DNA of 64,000 bases, from sequence record NC_019538.1; one strand, 5' to 3'. The stretch's first letter is position 1, and each line of letters begins with the position of its first letter. The notes below the pieces were generated by a model that was not told the DNA's origin, did not search any database, and saw only the letters and a program-made list of their open reading frames with translations. Below are positions 35,817-44,965 of the stretch, in pieces. The translations under genes and the position numbers were made by a program.

Positions 35817-36668
35817 ATGAAAATGAAATTTAGTGAATTCGTTCAATTGGAAGAAAAATTGATGGTATTCGGAAAGAAGGCATACCCTAAGTTTAACAAC
35901 GTCTTGATCTTGGCTGGTGGGGCCGGTTCAGGAAAGGGATTTGTTACTTCTAAACTAGTTGGTCTGGAAGGTATTACCCTAGACGTAGACCGTGTAAAAG
36001 AGCTTGCTATGGCATCCACAAAGCTCGCTGGACGCATTAAAGCAGAAACCGGACACGATATATCAAAGTTTGACTTGAAGAAGCCAGAAAACGTTTCTAC
36101 TCTGCATAACCTTCTATCTGATGTATACAAGACAACCAAGAACATGGATAAACGTGTTTTTAATGGTGTATTGGCTGCTCCGGAAGATCGTAAACCTAAT
36201 TTGATCTTCGACGTTACCCTTAAAGATATGGGTAAGATGGCTCAAATTGCAAAACAGGTTCGTGAACTTGGTTATAACAAGGAAAACGTTCATATCGTGT
36301 GGGTAATGAATGATATCAACGTTGCTATGAAACAAAACGCCGAACGTTCCCGTACTGTACCGGTTGAGATTCTTGTTGCAACTCATGAGGGTGCAAGTAT
36401 GACCTTCAAAAATCTAATGGCTATGGGTGAAGGTGCTCGGAGTTATGCCGATGGAGATTGGTATATTGCCTTCAATAAAATCGGGGTTGACTCTTCTATT
36501 GCTAAATCTGGTAAGGGTGGTTCTTATGTTAAAGAAGCAAACTACATCAGAGTGAAACAACAGGGCAAAGCTCCGATGAAAGCAACTGAACTTGATAAAC
36601 AGATTGTGAATAAGATTTCTGATTATATTCCAAACCCAGAAACATGGGCTATGGTAATGAAGAAATAA
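35817..36668 (+). CDS. P-loop kinase (zeta toxin/AAA_33-like) with internal-protein-like N-terminus
   Basis: ILAGGAGSGKG Walker A, LDVD, LIFDVT, NAERSRTVP; late promoter at 35780-35786. Confidence 0.75.
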   Translation: MKMKFSEFVQLEEKLMVFGKKAYPKFNNVLILAGGAGSGKGFVTSKLVGLEGITLDVDRVKELAMASTKLAGRIKAETGHDISKFDLKKPENVSTLHNLLSDVYKTTKNMDKRVFNGVLAAPEDRKPNLIFDVTLKDMGKMAQIAKQVRELGYNKENVHIVWVMNDINVAMKQNAERSRTVPVEILVATHEGASMTFKNLMAMGEGARSYADGDWYIAFNKIGVDSSIAKSGKGGSYVKEANYIRVKQQGKAPMKATELDKQIVNKISDYIPNPETWAMVMKK

Positions 36669-36720
36669 AGGTACTAAATAAAAGGGGCATGATGCCCCTT
36701 TATCTTTTGAGGTATTATAA

Positions 36721-37488
36721 ATGAAATTTTATTCTAAAGGTTCGTCTGTCACCTTGAGTTCAGAAATTACCACCGAAGGTGCAACTTATGTGTGGAAAAA
36801 AGGGTCTACCGTCATTTCCGGTAAAACAGAAAAAGACCTTATTATTAGTTCTTTCGGGGCTTCTGATGTTGCCACTTATACAGTAACTGCAACAGTAGAT
36901 ACTACCGACACCGACACGGTTTTTGAAGTTGGTATGGCTGAATTGGATCTTACACCACAACCACTACAAACCATTACCCTTGAGGAAGGTGGTAGTTTTA
37001 CATCTACTATGACGGCAGTCGTTAAATTTACCCCAGATACCGCTGGTGATAATAAGTCTGATTTTACGATCAAATATCAATGGAAGAAAGGCCCCATTAA
37101 CGTATCTGGTGCAACCTCTGCGGTATTAACAAAAAACAACGTCGTTGTTGCGGACTCTGGTAATTATCTGGTTGAGGTAACTCTGATGGATAAAACTACT
37201 TCTGGTCAAATGATTTCGACTAGAATGGTTGATCTAACCGTTGTTACGAAGGTTCTTGAGTCTCTATGGAAAGTTATCCCTCTTGAGTATAGAGGAACTA
37301 GCTTTACTTGGATTGGATACTGGGTTATTGATGAAATAAAGAAAAATCCATCATGGTTTACAGACTATAGCTCTCTGAAATATAAAGACGAAATAGAAAC
37401 CATAGTTAAAGCGTTTGATGAATATGGGGAAGTTGAACTACAAGAATCCAGAAATGGTCGGATCCTAAAGGTTAGTGACTTAAAATAA
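36721..37488 (+). CDS. hoc: Hoc outer capsid protein with two Ig-like domains
   Basis: Two Ig repeats (YVWKK, YQWKK); C-terminal capsid-binding motif WVIDEI...VELQESRNG; late promoter at 36674-36680. Confidence 0.88.
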   Translation: MKFYSKGSSVTLSSEITTEGATYVWKKGSTVISGKTEKDLIISSFGASDVATYTVTATVDTTDTDTVFEVGMAELDLTPQPLQTITLEEGGSFTSTMTAVVKFTPDTAGDNKSDFTIKYQWKKGPINVSGATSAVLTKNNVVVADSGNYLVEVTLMDKTTSGQMISTRMVDLTVVTKVLESLWKVIPLEYRGTSFTWIGYWVIDEIKKNPSWFTDYSSLKYKDEIETIVKAFDEYGEVELQESRNGRILKVSDLK

Positions 37489-37511
37489 AAAGAGCCTTCG
37501 GGCTCTTTTTT
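37487..37511 (+). terminator. intrinsic terminator with cUUCGg loop after hoc
   Basis: AAAAGAGCC-TTCG-GGCTCTTTTTTT. Confidence 0.85.
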
Positions 37512-37554
37512 TCATTTCATAATCTCTAAATATGTTATATTAAGGAGAATTGAA

Positions 37555-37971
37555 ATGAAATATGAAAACAGTAAAGGTATAGATAGACAAAATATGCCTC
37601 AAATTGCAGCAGAGAACGTCCCCGGATTTTTGGATTGGTGTACAACAAACGGGGTCGGGTTCGTTAAGGAGAGGGTTAAAGTAAAGACTTTACTTCCGAC
37701 GCAATCAGAGTATAATGAAGAAAAAGTGGAAAAGATGAGAAGTGCGCCATATAGTGTGTTATCAAAACCTATTGTTGTTTCTGATGATAACTATATTCTA
37801 GACGGACATCATCGGTATAGTGCGTTATTAGCCAATGATGGTAATAACCTGATTGAAATATATCGGGTACGTTGTGATATTGTGGAGCTATTGATTGCGG
37901 CTCATAAATTTCCACTAACCTTTTATAAAGGGCTCAAAGAGAGTCGCAAAAAGTTTTCTGATTTTATCTGA
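37555..37971 (+). CDS. ParB/Srx-like domain protein
   Basis: LLPTQ...PIVVSDDNYILDGHHR motif; late promoter at 37526-37532. Confidence 0.75.
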   Translation: MKYENSKGIDRQNMPQIAAENVPGFLDWCTTNGVGFVKERVKVKTLLPTQSEYNEEKVEKMRSAPYSVLSKPIVVSDDNYILDGHHRYSALLANDGNNLIEIYRVRCDIVELLIAAHKFPLTFYKGLKESRKKFSDFI

Positions 37972-37979
37972 GGTATGAT

Positions 37980-38555
37980 ATGTCTAGTTTACATTTCCAT
38001 CATTCCGCAATGAATGCGGGAAAAAGTTCTCATTTATTGCAAGTTGCTTATAATTATGAAGAAAGAGGGATGGGAGTTTTAGTTTTAAAACCGTGTATTG
38101 ATACTCGTGATGGAGAAATGGTTTCTTCTCGATTGGGTGTTTCTCGTCCATCAATTATGTTTTCTAATAGAGAAAATTTAACCGATCTTTATTTGAGTTA
38201 TAAGATCGGAAAGAAAATAGATTGTATTCTTATCGATGAAGCCCAATTTATGACGGTTGAACAAGTAAAACAACTGGCTTTTATTGTTGATAACTACGAT
38301 GTTCCTGTTATGTGTTATGGTCTTATGTCTGACTCCAATGGAGAGATGTTTGATGCAAGTCGTCAACTTGTGGTTATGGCGGAGCAAATCGTGGAACACA
38401 AAACAATTTGTTGGTGTGGTTCGAAAGCAACAATGAACCTTCGAGTTGATGAAAACGGTAAAAAAGTTATTGGTGATCAAGTTTGTATTGGCGGAAACGA
38501 TAGATACATTTCTGTTTGTCGCAAACATTGGGTTGCTGGTATGAGTGGAAAATGA
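37980..38555 (+). CDS. tk: thymidine kinase
   Basis: SAMNAGKSSHLL, ILIDEAQF, Zn-binding CWCG and VCRKHW. Confidence 0.97.
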   Translation: MSSLHFHHSAMNAGKSSHLLQVAYNYEERGMGVLVLKPCIDTRDGEMVSSRLGVSRPSIMFSNRENLTDLYLSYKIGKKIDCILIDEAQFMTVEQVKQLAFIVDNYDVPVMCYGLMSDSNGEMFDASRQLVVMAEQIVEHKTICWCGSKATMNLRVDENGKKVIGDQVCIGGNDRYISVCRKHWVAGMSGK

Positions 38556-38584
38556 AAAAGGGATCCCTATTTGGGATCCCTTTT
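38556..38584. terminator. bidirectional terminator between tk and endolysin
   Basis: AAAAGGGATCCC-TATTT-GGGATCCCTTTT. Confidence 0.85.
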
Positions 38585-38587
38585 TGT

Positions 38588-39088
38588 TTATGCGAATGGA
38601 TAACCTTTGTAAGTACCAGTCTCAATAATGTCTGTAACTCTCTTAGCGCGATTTGGTGTTTGTCTCGCCCAAGCACTAGCAAGACCGTGCTTCTTGGCTT
38701 CTACCCAGTTCTTGGAGCGCATAGCGCGAAGCATTGACGGGAACCCATTTACACCTTTAGCACCCATCTGAAAAACCATATTTTCCAATGCGGTTTTTCT
38801 AACCTCATCTAATCCGACATATGTAGACCACAAATCGACATACCCCTTCATAGAATTTCTAACTACTTCAAGGTCTTTAGAAAAAAGTTGACTTTCTTCT
38901 AACTGAGTAATCTTCCCATCGGTAATAACTCTCCCAACATGAGAACTTAACTCGCGGTTAATTTCTCCCATGTCTTTGGTACGGAGCCTTTTTATTAAAT
39001 GTCCGATACCAATTGTTGGGTATCCTTCGGTGTCCCAATAAACTACTAGCTTACTACCCTCATCAAATTTAAGCATTTTCTCTAACAT
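38588..39088 (-). CDS. e: T4 lysozyme-type endolysin
   Basis: MLKFDEGSKLVVYWDTEGYPTIGIGH; WARQTPNRAKRV. Confidence 0.95.
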   Translation of the reverse strand: MLEKMLKFDEGSKLVVYWDTEGYPTIGIGHLIKRLRTKDMGEINRELSSHVGRVITDGKITQLEESQLFSKDLEVVRNSMKGYVDLWSTYVGLDEVRKTALENMVFQMGAKGVNGFPSMLRAMRSKNWVEAKKHGLASAWARQTPNRAKRVTDIIETGTYKGYPFA

Positions 39089-39133
39089 ATAAACCCCTTG
39101 AAATAAGGCTCCCGAAGGAGCCTAATTAATTAA

Positions 39134-42100
39134 TTAAGTAATGCGTTGTGCAAGTGTGACGTTCCAAGAACCCCAACCATCAGAGTTTTGTGATTGTGCT
39201 CTTGACACCCCCATCAATCTCCAAGTTCCATAGTTACAAGCAACGAGGTTAGTACCTTCTGCGTTAGAAAACTGGATCTGTGTCCCTTGTAGGACCGCAC
39301 CCGGACCAAGTGGACCAAGGTTGGCTTTAACCGTGATCATTGCATAAGATCCAATATCCATATTACCACCACCGTTAACAACGGAACGTAATATCACACC
39401 ATCTGGGATTGGGTTTGATGCAGAGTAAACACGGTTACCAGCGTCATAAACACCATTTCCTGTAACGTTGGTTCCTGCATTCAACGCACCTCTTAATGCA
39501 ATATTACCATCGGTATCCAATTGCATTCTTAAAAGCGTTTCACCAGCAGAACCATTTGAAGTAACAAATCTCAGATTGCCATCTTGTCCTTTGTAGATCA
39601 TTGCTGCTGTCCTACCCGGTGTATGAAACTCAATTAATGTATTACCGGCACTCGTGAGTGAAATATAACCACCTACATCAATGCTACCAGTACGTATCGA
39701 GCCATTCACGGTAGCATTATTGGCTACTGTTAACGTTGTTGCGTAAAGACCTGCATTAGCTTTAAATGTTCCATCTGTTGCAATAGTAACCGGTAACTGT
39801 TGCAACACACCATCCAAATATCTATGGATATTAAATTCCCGTGTGCTTGCATCAATACCCATCCCCCACGTTACGCCGGTACGAGAAGTATTTGGTGCAA
39901 GAACCAGACCACCGTTATTTTCAATCAGCATTGACGGAGAAACTAGAGTATCCGTCGCAACACGAATGGCACCTTTTTCGAATGTCATTGCAACTCGGTT
40001 TACGGTATCACCCGTCGCACGAACAGCAATATATGGGTTAGCGTTAGCTGGGGTTTCCATACTCAACCATTTAGTACTGGTTGAATCTTGAGAGATCAAT
40101 CCACCTCTTGCAAAAACAGTAGTACTCGACTCAACACCAGCAGCACTAATTTGCAAAATCTGGTTTTCACCTGCATTACCATGTTTAACTTTTAGGTAAT
40201 TACCCTCGGCAAACAAGTGATACATTGTATTGGCTTGGTCTTGGAAACTAATAGATTTCTGGTTATCAACTTTAATTGCGCCTTTAGTATTAGCAACAAT
40301 TATAGGTCCAGTCATTGTTCCCCCAGAAAGAGGTAAACCCGTTGATACTCGGCTATCAACATAATCTTTGCGAGTAAGTGCTGATGCATGATCATATTGA
40401 GACGTCGATGATACTGGGTTTGCAATGGCGAATGTTCCATCCGTTTGATATTTGAAAATAGCAAGACCGCTTGATGTATCCTTGTTTAAACGGATAGTGG
40501 CCCCATCTACTACAAAACCAAATTTACTGGAACTGTTGTCGGTTTCATCCATCCAAATTTGCGGGGCGCTGGCTTGAATTGTCAAAGTACCGGTCAATGT
40601 CCCACCAGACAAATTAAGCTTTTTGTTAAGCTCCGTATTGATCTGTGCGGTTGTCATCGTTCCAACATCAACCGCAGTTGGTTTATTACCAACATGATAG
40701 ATATCATAGTCGGTGTTATTAACTCTAACCTTCGGATTAATAGTACCAGAAGCTAATGTTAAACCAGATGGCGAACGTTCAACGTAATAATCAGATCCAC
40801 TACCAAGAGACAATCTTGTTGTGTTACCAGAGTTAAATCTAACATCCCCGGTTACAGTACCACCAGTTAAAGACAACGCTCCAACATCAGCAGAAGTAGG
40901 TTTAAACTCTTCGTTATAATCACGATACCATGGTTTCCATGCCCCTGTATTATATTGAGCACGAGACCAAACCTCGGATGAGTTATATACCCAATATTTT
41001 TGAATTACACCAGCAGAAGTAGTAACAATCAAGTTACCTGCTTTCTCAACTGGATAGTTCAAACTAGTCAATGCTTTAGCGTTGGCAACTTGGCTATATA
41101 TACCAGAGGTTTTTATATCGTTGAGGTTATCAGTATCTTTCAATGTAATAATAGAACTAAAACCACCAAGAGCAACACCATCAACATATGCCTTATTGGT
41201 AAGGTTATTTGAAGATGAAGGTGCTTGGTTATTGGATATTGTACCATTCGAGTTAAATGTTGTCTCACCAGTTGCAGTTCCGGAACCATTTGGTCTGATT
41301 ACAACACCAGATGTATTATTCGAAGCCCCGCCCAAAATAGTTCGGTTATCAAAATAAACACCTTGTTGTGCATTTGCTTCATATTGTAGTGCATAACCAG
41401 AAGCAGTTACTGAGTATTTTTCCGCACTAACAACGCCAGTATTAATACCTACTTTCTTGCCAGCATGAGTGAATTCCGCACCAGAAGCTCTACTTAAAAC
41501 CAACGTACTTGTATCACCTGTCGATCCGTCAGAACCACGACGCCATCTGGAAGCTAAGAACAAACGACCTTCATATTCGTTAGGGATTGTTGTATTTTCT
41601 GCCTGACCAATTATTCTAGCTAGTAGATCCGCGCTATGTGGGTCATATCTATTAGTTGCCCCAGCTCGGAATCCTAGTTCACCTATTGTATAAGCAATAC
41701 CAGCAGCAACACCATCACGATACTTTTCCTTGGTATAAGATACGTAAGGATAAACCGAATCGTCATTAGTTGAGTTATTGTGTCTTAATACCCCAGATCT
41801 ATAGGTGTTAACTTGTTCCCAAACACCAGTAGGTATCCAAGGACTCCAACCAGTAGACGCATTCTGCCAAATCCGTGTGTATGCACGTTGTGTGGTTAGG
41901 TCTGCAACATTCACATGATAATAGAATGTCTGAATAGTCATATTATCAAAAGAACGTTGCTTAACTTCTACCATACCAGTATGTGTGGATGCAGTTGGTG
42001 AATTATCAATACCATTTGCCCAACTACCATCAACAGTAAACACACCAGTTGTCTTAACTAGGTTGAAATCACGAACCCCACCAGTTACGGTTGTTGCGTT

Positions 42101-43123
42101 TGGACCATCACCAACACCAAGACCCATACCACCAACAGGTTGTTTGTTCAAAGATGTATACATCTCAGCCCAAGGCTGCCAAACACCGATATATTGACGA
42201 CGAACCCATACTCTATTTTCTGTATAAGAAAAGAATATTTGAGCATTAGCCCCATTACCCCATTTGGTAACAAGAAGAGTCGAACCACTAGGACCAGTTC
42301 CATTTGGTGTATTTTTGGTATTGGCAAAGATACCATAGTTACCGGGCATAATTGCTTTATCGCAATCATCTTCTGGTGGACGCTCATATACCGCCATCGC
42401 CTTTACTTCTTCCGCACTAGGCAAATTACCTTTATGGAAAATATCATAGTTTGTATTTCCATAGGACACTTGAGGATTAACCCCAGTAGCCATATTAAAT
42501 CTTACTTGAGTGAGAGGTGTACCATACCAACCACTAAAGGCAATTCTTTGGTCTGTGACGTCTCTATCTACTTTACCACCTTGGAAATAAAGTAAGGAAC
42601 CAGATGCAACCAGACGTTGTGCATATGTATTGGTAGCAGAATCATAAACTTCAACTTGACCGTTGGACTTGATTCTATTCGCCTCGACTTGACCGTTAAC
42701 CATTAGGTTTCCAGTCATAGTGTCGCCATCTCTATTAACAGCTCGAACAGGCAAACCGTCAAGTTTTGTTTTGTCTTCTTTACTCATTGCCCCATGGGCG
42801 GTTTGTGTTGCGTTATTAATTGAAACTCGCGGACTTACACCGGTTGTAACGACGATTGGGAGAGTCCCTGTTACAGATTTCACCGATGAACTATCTAGGT
42901 TATCAACATAACCTTTAATGGCAACTTCATTAGAATTGACAGGAGTTTTATATGTCAATGTTCCGGTAAAGGTTTTAGCCCCACCAATAGATTGATTACT
43001 AACACTATCAATAACCTCATTACCATTATAAAACAGCTTAACGTCTTGCGGGGAAAATGGTAGGTTAGTCTGTGTCCAAACTAATCCACCCCCAGCGGTA
43101 GACGAACTCTTAAGGTCTGCCAT
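39134..43123 (-). CDS. long tail fibre protein with gp36-type N-terminus (1329 aa)
   Basis: MADLKSSSTAGGGLVWTQTNLPF resembles T4 gp36; GDTMTG and LTRKDYVD fibre motifs; knob-like repeats; late promoter at 43162-43168. Confidence 0.88.
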   Translation of the reverse strand: MADLKSSSTAGGGLVWTQTNLPFSPQDVKLFYNGNEVIDSVSNQSIGGAKTFTGTLTYKTPVNSNEVAIKGYVDNLDSSSVKSVTGTLPIVVTTGVSPRVSINNATQTAHGAMSKEDKTKLDGLPVRAVNRDGDTMTGNLMVNGQVEANRIKSNGQVEVYDSATNTYAQRLVASGSLLYFQGGKVDRDVTDQRIAFSGWYGTPLTQVRFNMATGVNPQVSYGNTNYDIFHKGNLPSAEEVKAMAVYERPPEDDCDKAIMPGNYGIFANTKNTPNGTGPSGSTLLVTKWGNGANAQIFFSYTENRVWVRRQYIGVWQPWAEMYTSLNKQPVGGMGLGVGDGPNATTVTGGVRDFNLVKTTGVFTVDGSWANGIDNSPTASTHTGMVEVKQRSFDNMTIQTFYYHVNVADLTTQRAYTRIWQNASTGWSPWIPTGVWEQVNTYRSGVLRHNNSTNDDSVYPYVSYTKEKYRDGVAAGIAYTIGELGFRAGATNRYDPHSADLLARIIGQAENTTIPNEYEGRLFLASRWRRGSDGSTGDTSTLVLSRASGAEFTHAGKKVGINTGVVSAEKYSVTASGYALQYEANAQQGVYFDNRTILGGASNNTSGVVIRPNGSGTATGETTFNSNGTISNNQAPSSSNNLTNKAYVDGVALGGFSSIITLKDTDNLNDIKTSGIYSQVANAKALTSLNYPVEKAGNLIVTTSAGVIQKYWVYNSSEVWSRAQYNTGAWKPWYRDYNEEFKPTSADVGALSLTGGTVTGDVRFNSGNTTRLSLGSGSDYYVERSPSGLTLASGTINPKVRVNNTDYDIYHVGNKPTAVDVGTMTTAQINTELNKKLNLSGGTLTGTLTIQASAPQIWMDETDNSSSKFGFVVDGATIRLNKDTSSGLAIFKYQTDGTFAIANPVSSTSQYDHASALTRKDYVDSRVSTGLPLSGGTMTGPIIVANTKGAIKVDNQKSISFQDQANTMYHLFAEGNYLKVKHGNAGENQILQISAAGVESSTTVFARGGLISQDSTSTKWLSMETPANANPYIAVRATGDTVNRVAMTFEKGAIRVATDTLVSPSMLIENNGGLVLAPNTSRTGVTWGMGIDASTREFNIHRYLDGVLQQLPVTIATDGTFKANAGLYATTLTVANNATVNGSIRTGSIDVGGYISLTSAGNTLIEFHTPGRTAAMIYKGQDGNLRFVTSNGSAGETLLRMQLDTDGNIALRGALNAGTNVTGNGVYDAGNRVYSASNPIPDGVILRSVVNGGGNMDIGSYAMITVKANLGPLGPGAVLQGTQIQFSNAEGTNLVACNYGTWRLMGVSRAQSQNSDGWGSWNVTLAQRIT

Positions 43124-43174
43124 TTTTAAATTCCTCTATTTTGAAATTGTTTCTACTCTTTTATTTAGGTAACA

Positions 43175-43202
43175 AAAAAGTCCCTTATTTGGGGACTTTT
43201 TG
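43175..43202 (-). terminator. intrinsic terminator after the spanins
   Basis: AAAAAAGTCCCT-TATTT-GGGGACTTTTTT. Confidence 0.8.
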
Positions 43203-43484
43203 ACATTGTGGTTCTTTCAGATCCTTTCTATAAGAACATAACATTCTATTTTGAGAATCTATATAAACACCTATTTTTTCAAGCCAAGCCCTATATCTTA
43301 AACTGTCTTCATATGACATCCCGACATAAGTTGTTTCACCTTCCTTAATAACAGTCCATTTAGGAATATAAGTTTTTACAGGGGTTGGTCTATTTGGATG
43401 AAACACTAATACCGGATCTGGTTTCGGTGGAGTTGAACAGGCAGCCAAAACCACTATACACATCATAATTAGAATTTTTTTCAT
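43185..43484 (-). CDS. o-spanin (Rz1/pseT.2-like lipoprotein)
   Basis: Signal peptide with lipobox LAAC followed by a Pro-rich segment. Confidence 0.85.
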   Translation of the reverse strand: MKKILIMMCIVVLAACSTPPKPDPVLVFHPNRPTPVKTYIPKWTVIKEGETTYVGMSYEDSLRYRAWLEKIGVYIDSQNRMLCSYRKDLKEPQCQKVPK

Positions 43485-43858
43485 TTACATTCCCCTAGAG
43501 TAAGGCAATCCATTCTGTTTCCGAACTCTTCATAATCCTTCTGGATTATCTTCTCTACTAGCTTAGGTTTCTTGTTTATTGCATCCTTACCGCGACTGGC
43601 ATTAGATTCCAGTGTACCAATGCGCTTAGAAAGCTCTCTGTTCGATTTCTCTTCCGTCTGACTATACTCACTAGACTGTTGTTTGAAATCGCTTATACTC
43701 AATTCTATGGCTGATAGTCTGGACGTCGTTATTTCTAGTTGTTGGGTCATCTCTCCGATTGTTATAGCCTGTGATTCGATCTTGTTGAACATATACCAAG
43801 CAGATCCACCAACCAGAATAAGAAGAACTCCAAATATAATTGCCTTGTATCGTACCAT
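43481..43858 (-). CDS. i-spanin (Rz/pseT.3-like)
   Basis: Start MVRYKA with GGAGAG RBS; N-terminal TM plus coiled coil; overlaps the o-spanin start. Confidence 0.85.
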   Translation of the reverse strand: MVRYKAIIFGVLLILVGGSAWYMFNKIESQAITIGEMTQQLEITTSRLSAIELSISDFKQQSSEYSQTEEKSNRELSKRIGTLESNASRGKDAINKKPKLVEKIIQKDYEEFGNRMDCLTLGECK

Positions 43859-43877
43859 TGTTAATCTCTCCAAATAA

Positions 43878-43910
43878 AAAGGCTCCAACCTTATTTAGGT
43901 TGGAGCCTTT
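43878..43910 (-). terminator. terminator hairpin with late promoter CTAAATA (43892-43898) in its loop
   Basis: 13-bp stem AAAGGCTCCAACC/GGTTGGAGCCTTT. Confidence 0.8.
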
Positions 43911-43923
43911 GGGAGAAAAATGA

Positions 43924-44418
43924 TTACTTTTTATCCCATTCAACACAAATCAATTCTTCGAAATCGTCTTCATCAAAACAATTTTCAATAACTTGCGAAA
44001 TGATGTCCCAATCTCCACCGGCAACACCCGCGCCAATTTTTGGAAATACAAGGCGATATCCTTCATATCCAAAATCTTCTGCCAGTTGAATGAATCCATC
44101 CTCCAACGCATCCAATCGAAGATCTCGACCGGGGAAATATTGTGTGTATAGGTTGATTAAGCGAGAATCGTATTTTAATGGGGTCCAGCTATATTGACCA
44201 AGCATTCCAATATCCACTTGACCGTTTGTCTTAAACAGTCGTTGGAAATGTGCGTCTACAATAGGTGCATCTGGAAAATTCATGGCAATACCAGCAGCAA
44301 TACCGGAACCCATTGCAGTATGACAATTACACCCATGAACGAACAGGGTTGGGATCTTCAAAACTTCTGGGTCTTTCATCATGGCGATCATATCGCCTTT
44401 AACATAACGAATTTTCAT
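43924..44418 (-). CDS. macrodomain protein (T4 tk.4-like ADP-ribose-processing fold)
   Basis: YVKGDM, VHGCNCHTAMGSGIA, NLYTQY, FPKIGAGVAGGDW. Confidence 0.9.
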   Translation of the reverse strand: MKIRYVKGDMIAMMKDPEVLKIPTLFVHGCNCHTAMGSGIAAGIAMNFPDAPIVDAHFQRLFKTNGQVDIGMLGQYSWTPLKYDSRLINLYTQYFPGRDLRLDALEDGFIQLAEDFGYEGYRLVFPKIGAGVAGGDWDIISQVIENCFDEDDFEELICVEWDKK

Positions 44419-44696
44419 TCAATAATATCCTTATGAAATTCACCAATAACTTTTTCTGGTGAATGACCCAACACAACCATATTGACTGGATGGGAAATGG
44501 TATGGACACCGCTAACAAAATAAAATTTAACTACGTTTGTTTCTGCAATACCACGAGATTCGTCAAGGGTTACGAAATCATACATCCAATCGTTGAATCC
44601 GCGATATTTTGCATTGTTCAAAATAATTTCAGCAGCAAGCCCGAAAGACCGAGCTTTATCCTTCAATTCTTTAACTGTCATATTTAACACCGACAC
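44415..44696 (-). CDS. hypothetical protein
   Basis: 93-aa ORF in a packed operon. Confidence 0.65.
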   Translation of the reverse strand: MSVLNMTVKELKDKARSFGLAAEIILNNAKYRGFNDWMYDFVTLDESRGIAETNVVKFYFVSGVHTISHPVNMVVLGHSPEKVIGEFHKDIIE

Positions 44697-44965
44697 GGAA
44701 TAAAAAGAAAACTCTCTTTTTGGTTAATAAAAACGGTTCCATCATTGATATAGATTGGATTTTTCTTTTCCTTATCTTCAATATCACAAACCGCGATTAC
44801 GTTTTCATCATCGTCGATATGAAATACAATGAATCCATTCTTGAGAATTTCATAATTATAAAAATTACGTTCGCAACTGGTACGATATTCTTGAGCCGCT
44901 TCGGCAGACCGAAAACGGTAAATGGTATCAAAGTTCATACGTGGGTATTGATCATTTGGATACAC
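44684..44965 (-). CDS. hypothetical protein (YRFRS family)
   Basis: 93-aa ORF. Confidence 0.65.
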   Translation of the reverse strand: MYPNDQYPRMNFDTIYRFRSAEAAQEYRTSCERNFYNYEILKNGFIVFHIDDDENVIAVCDIEDKEKKNPIYINDGTVFINQKESFLFIPCRC

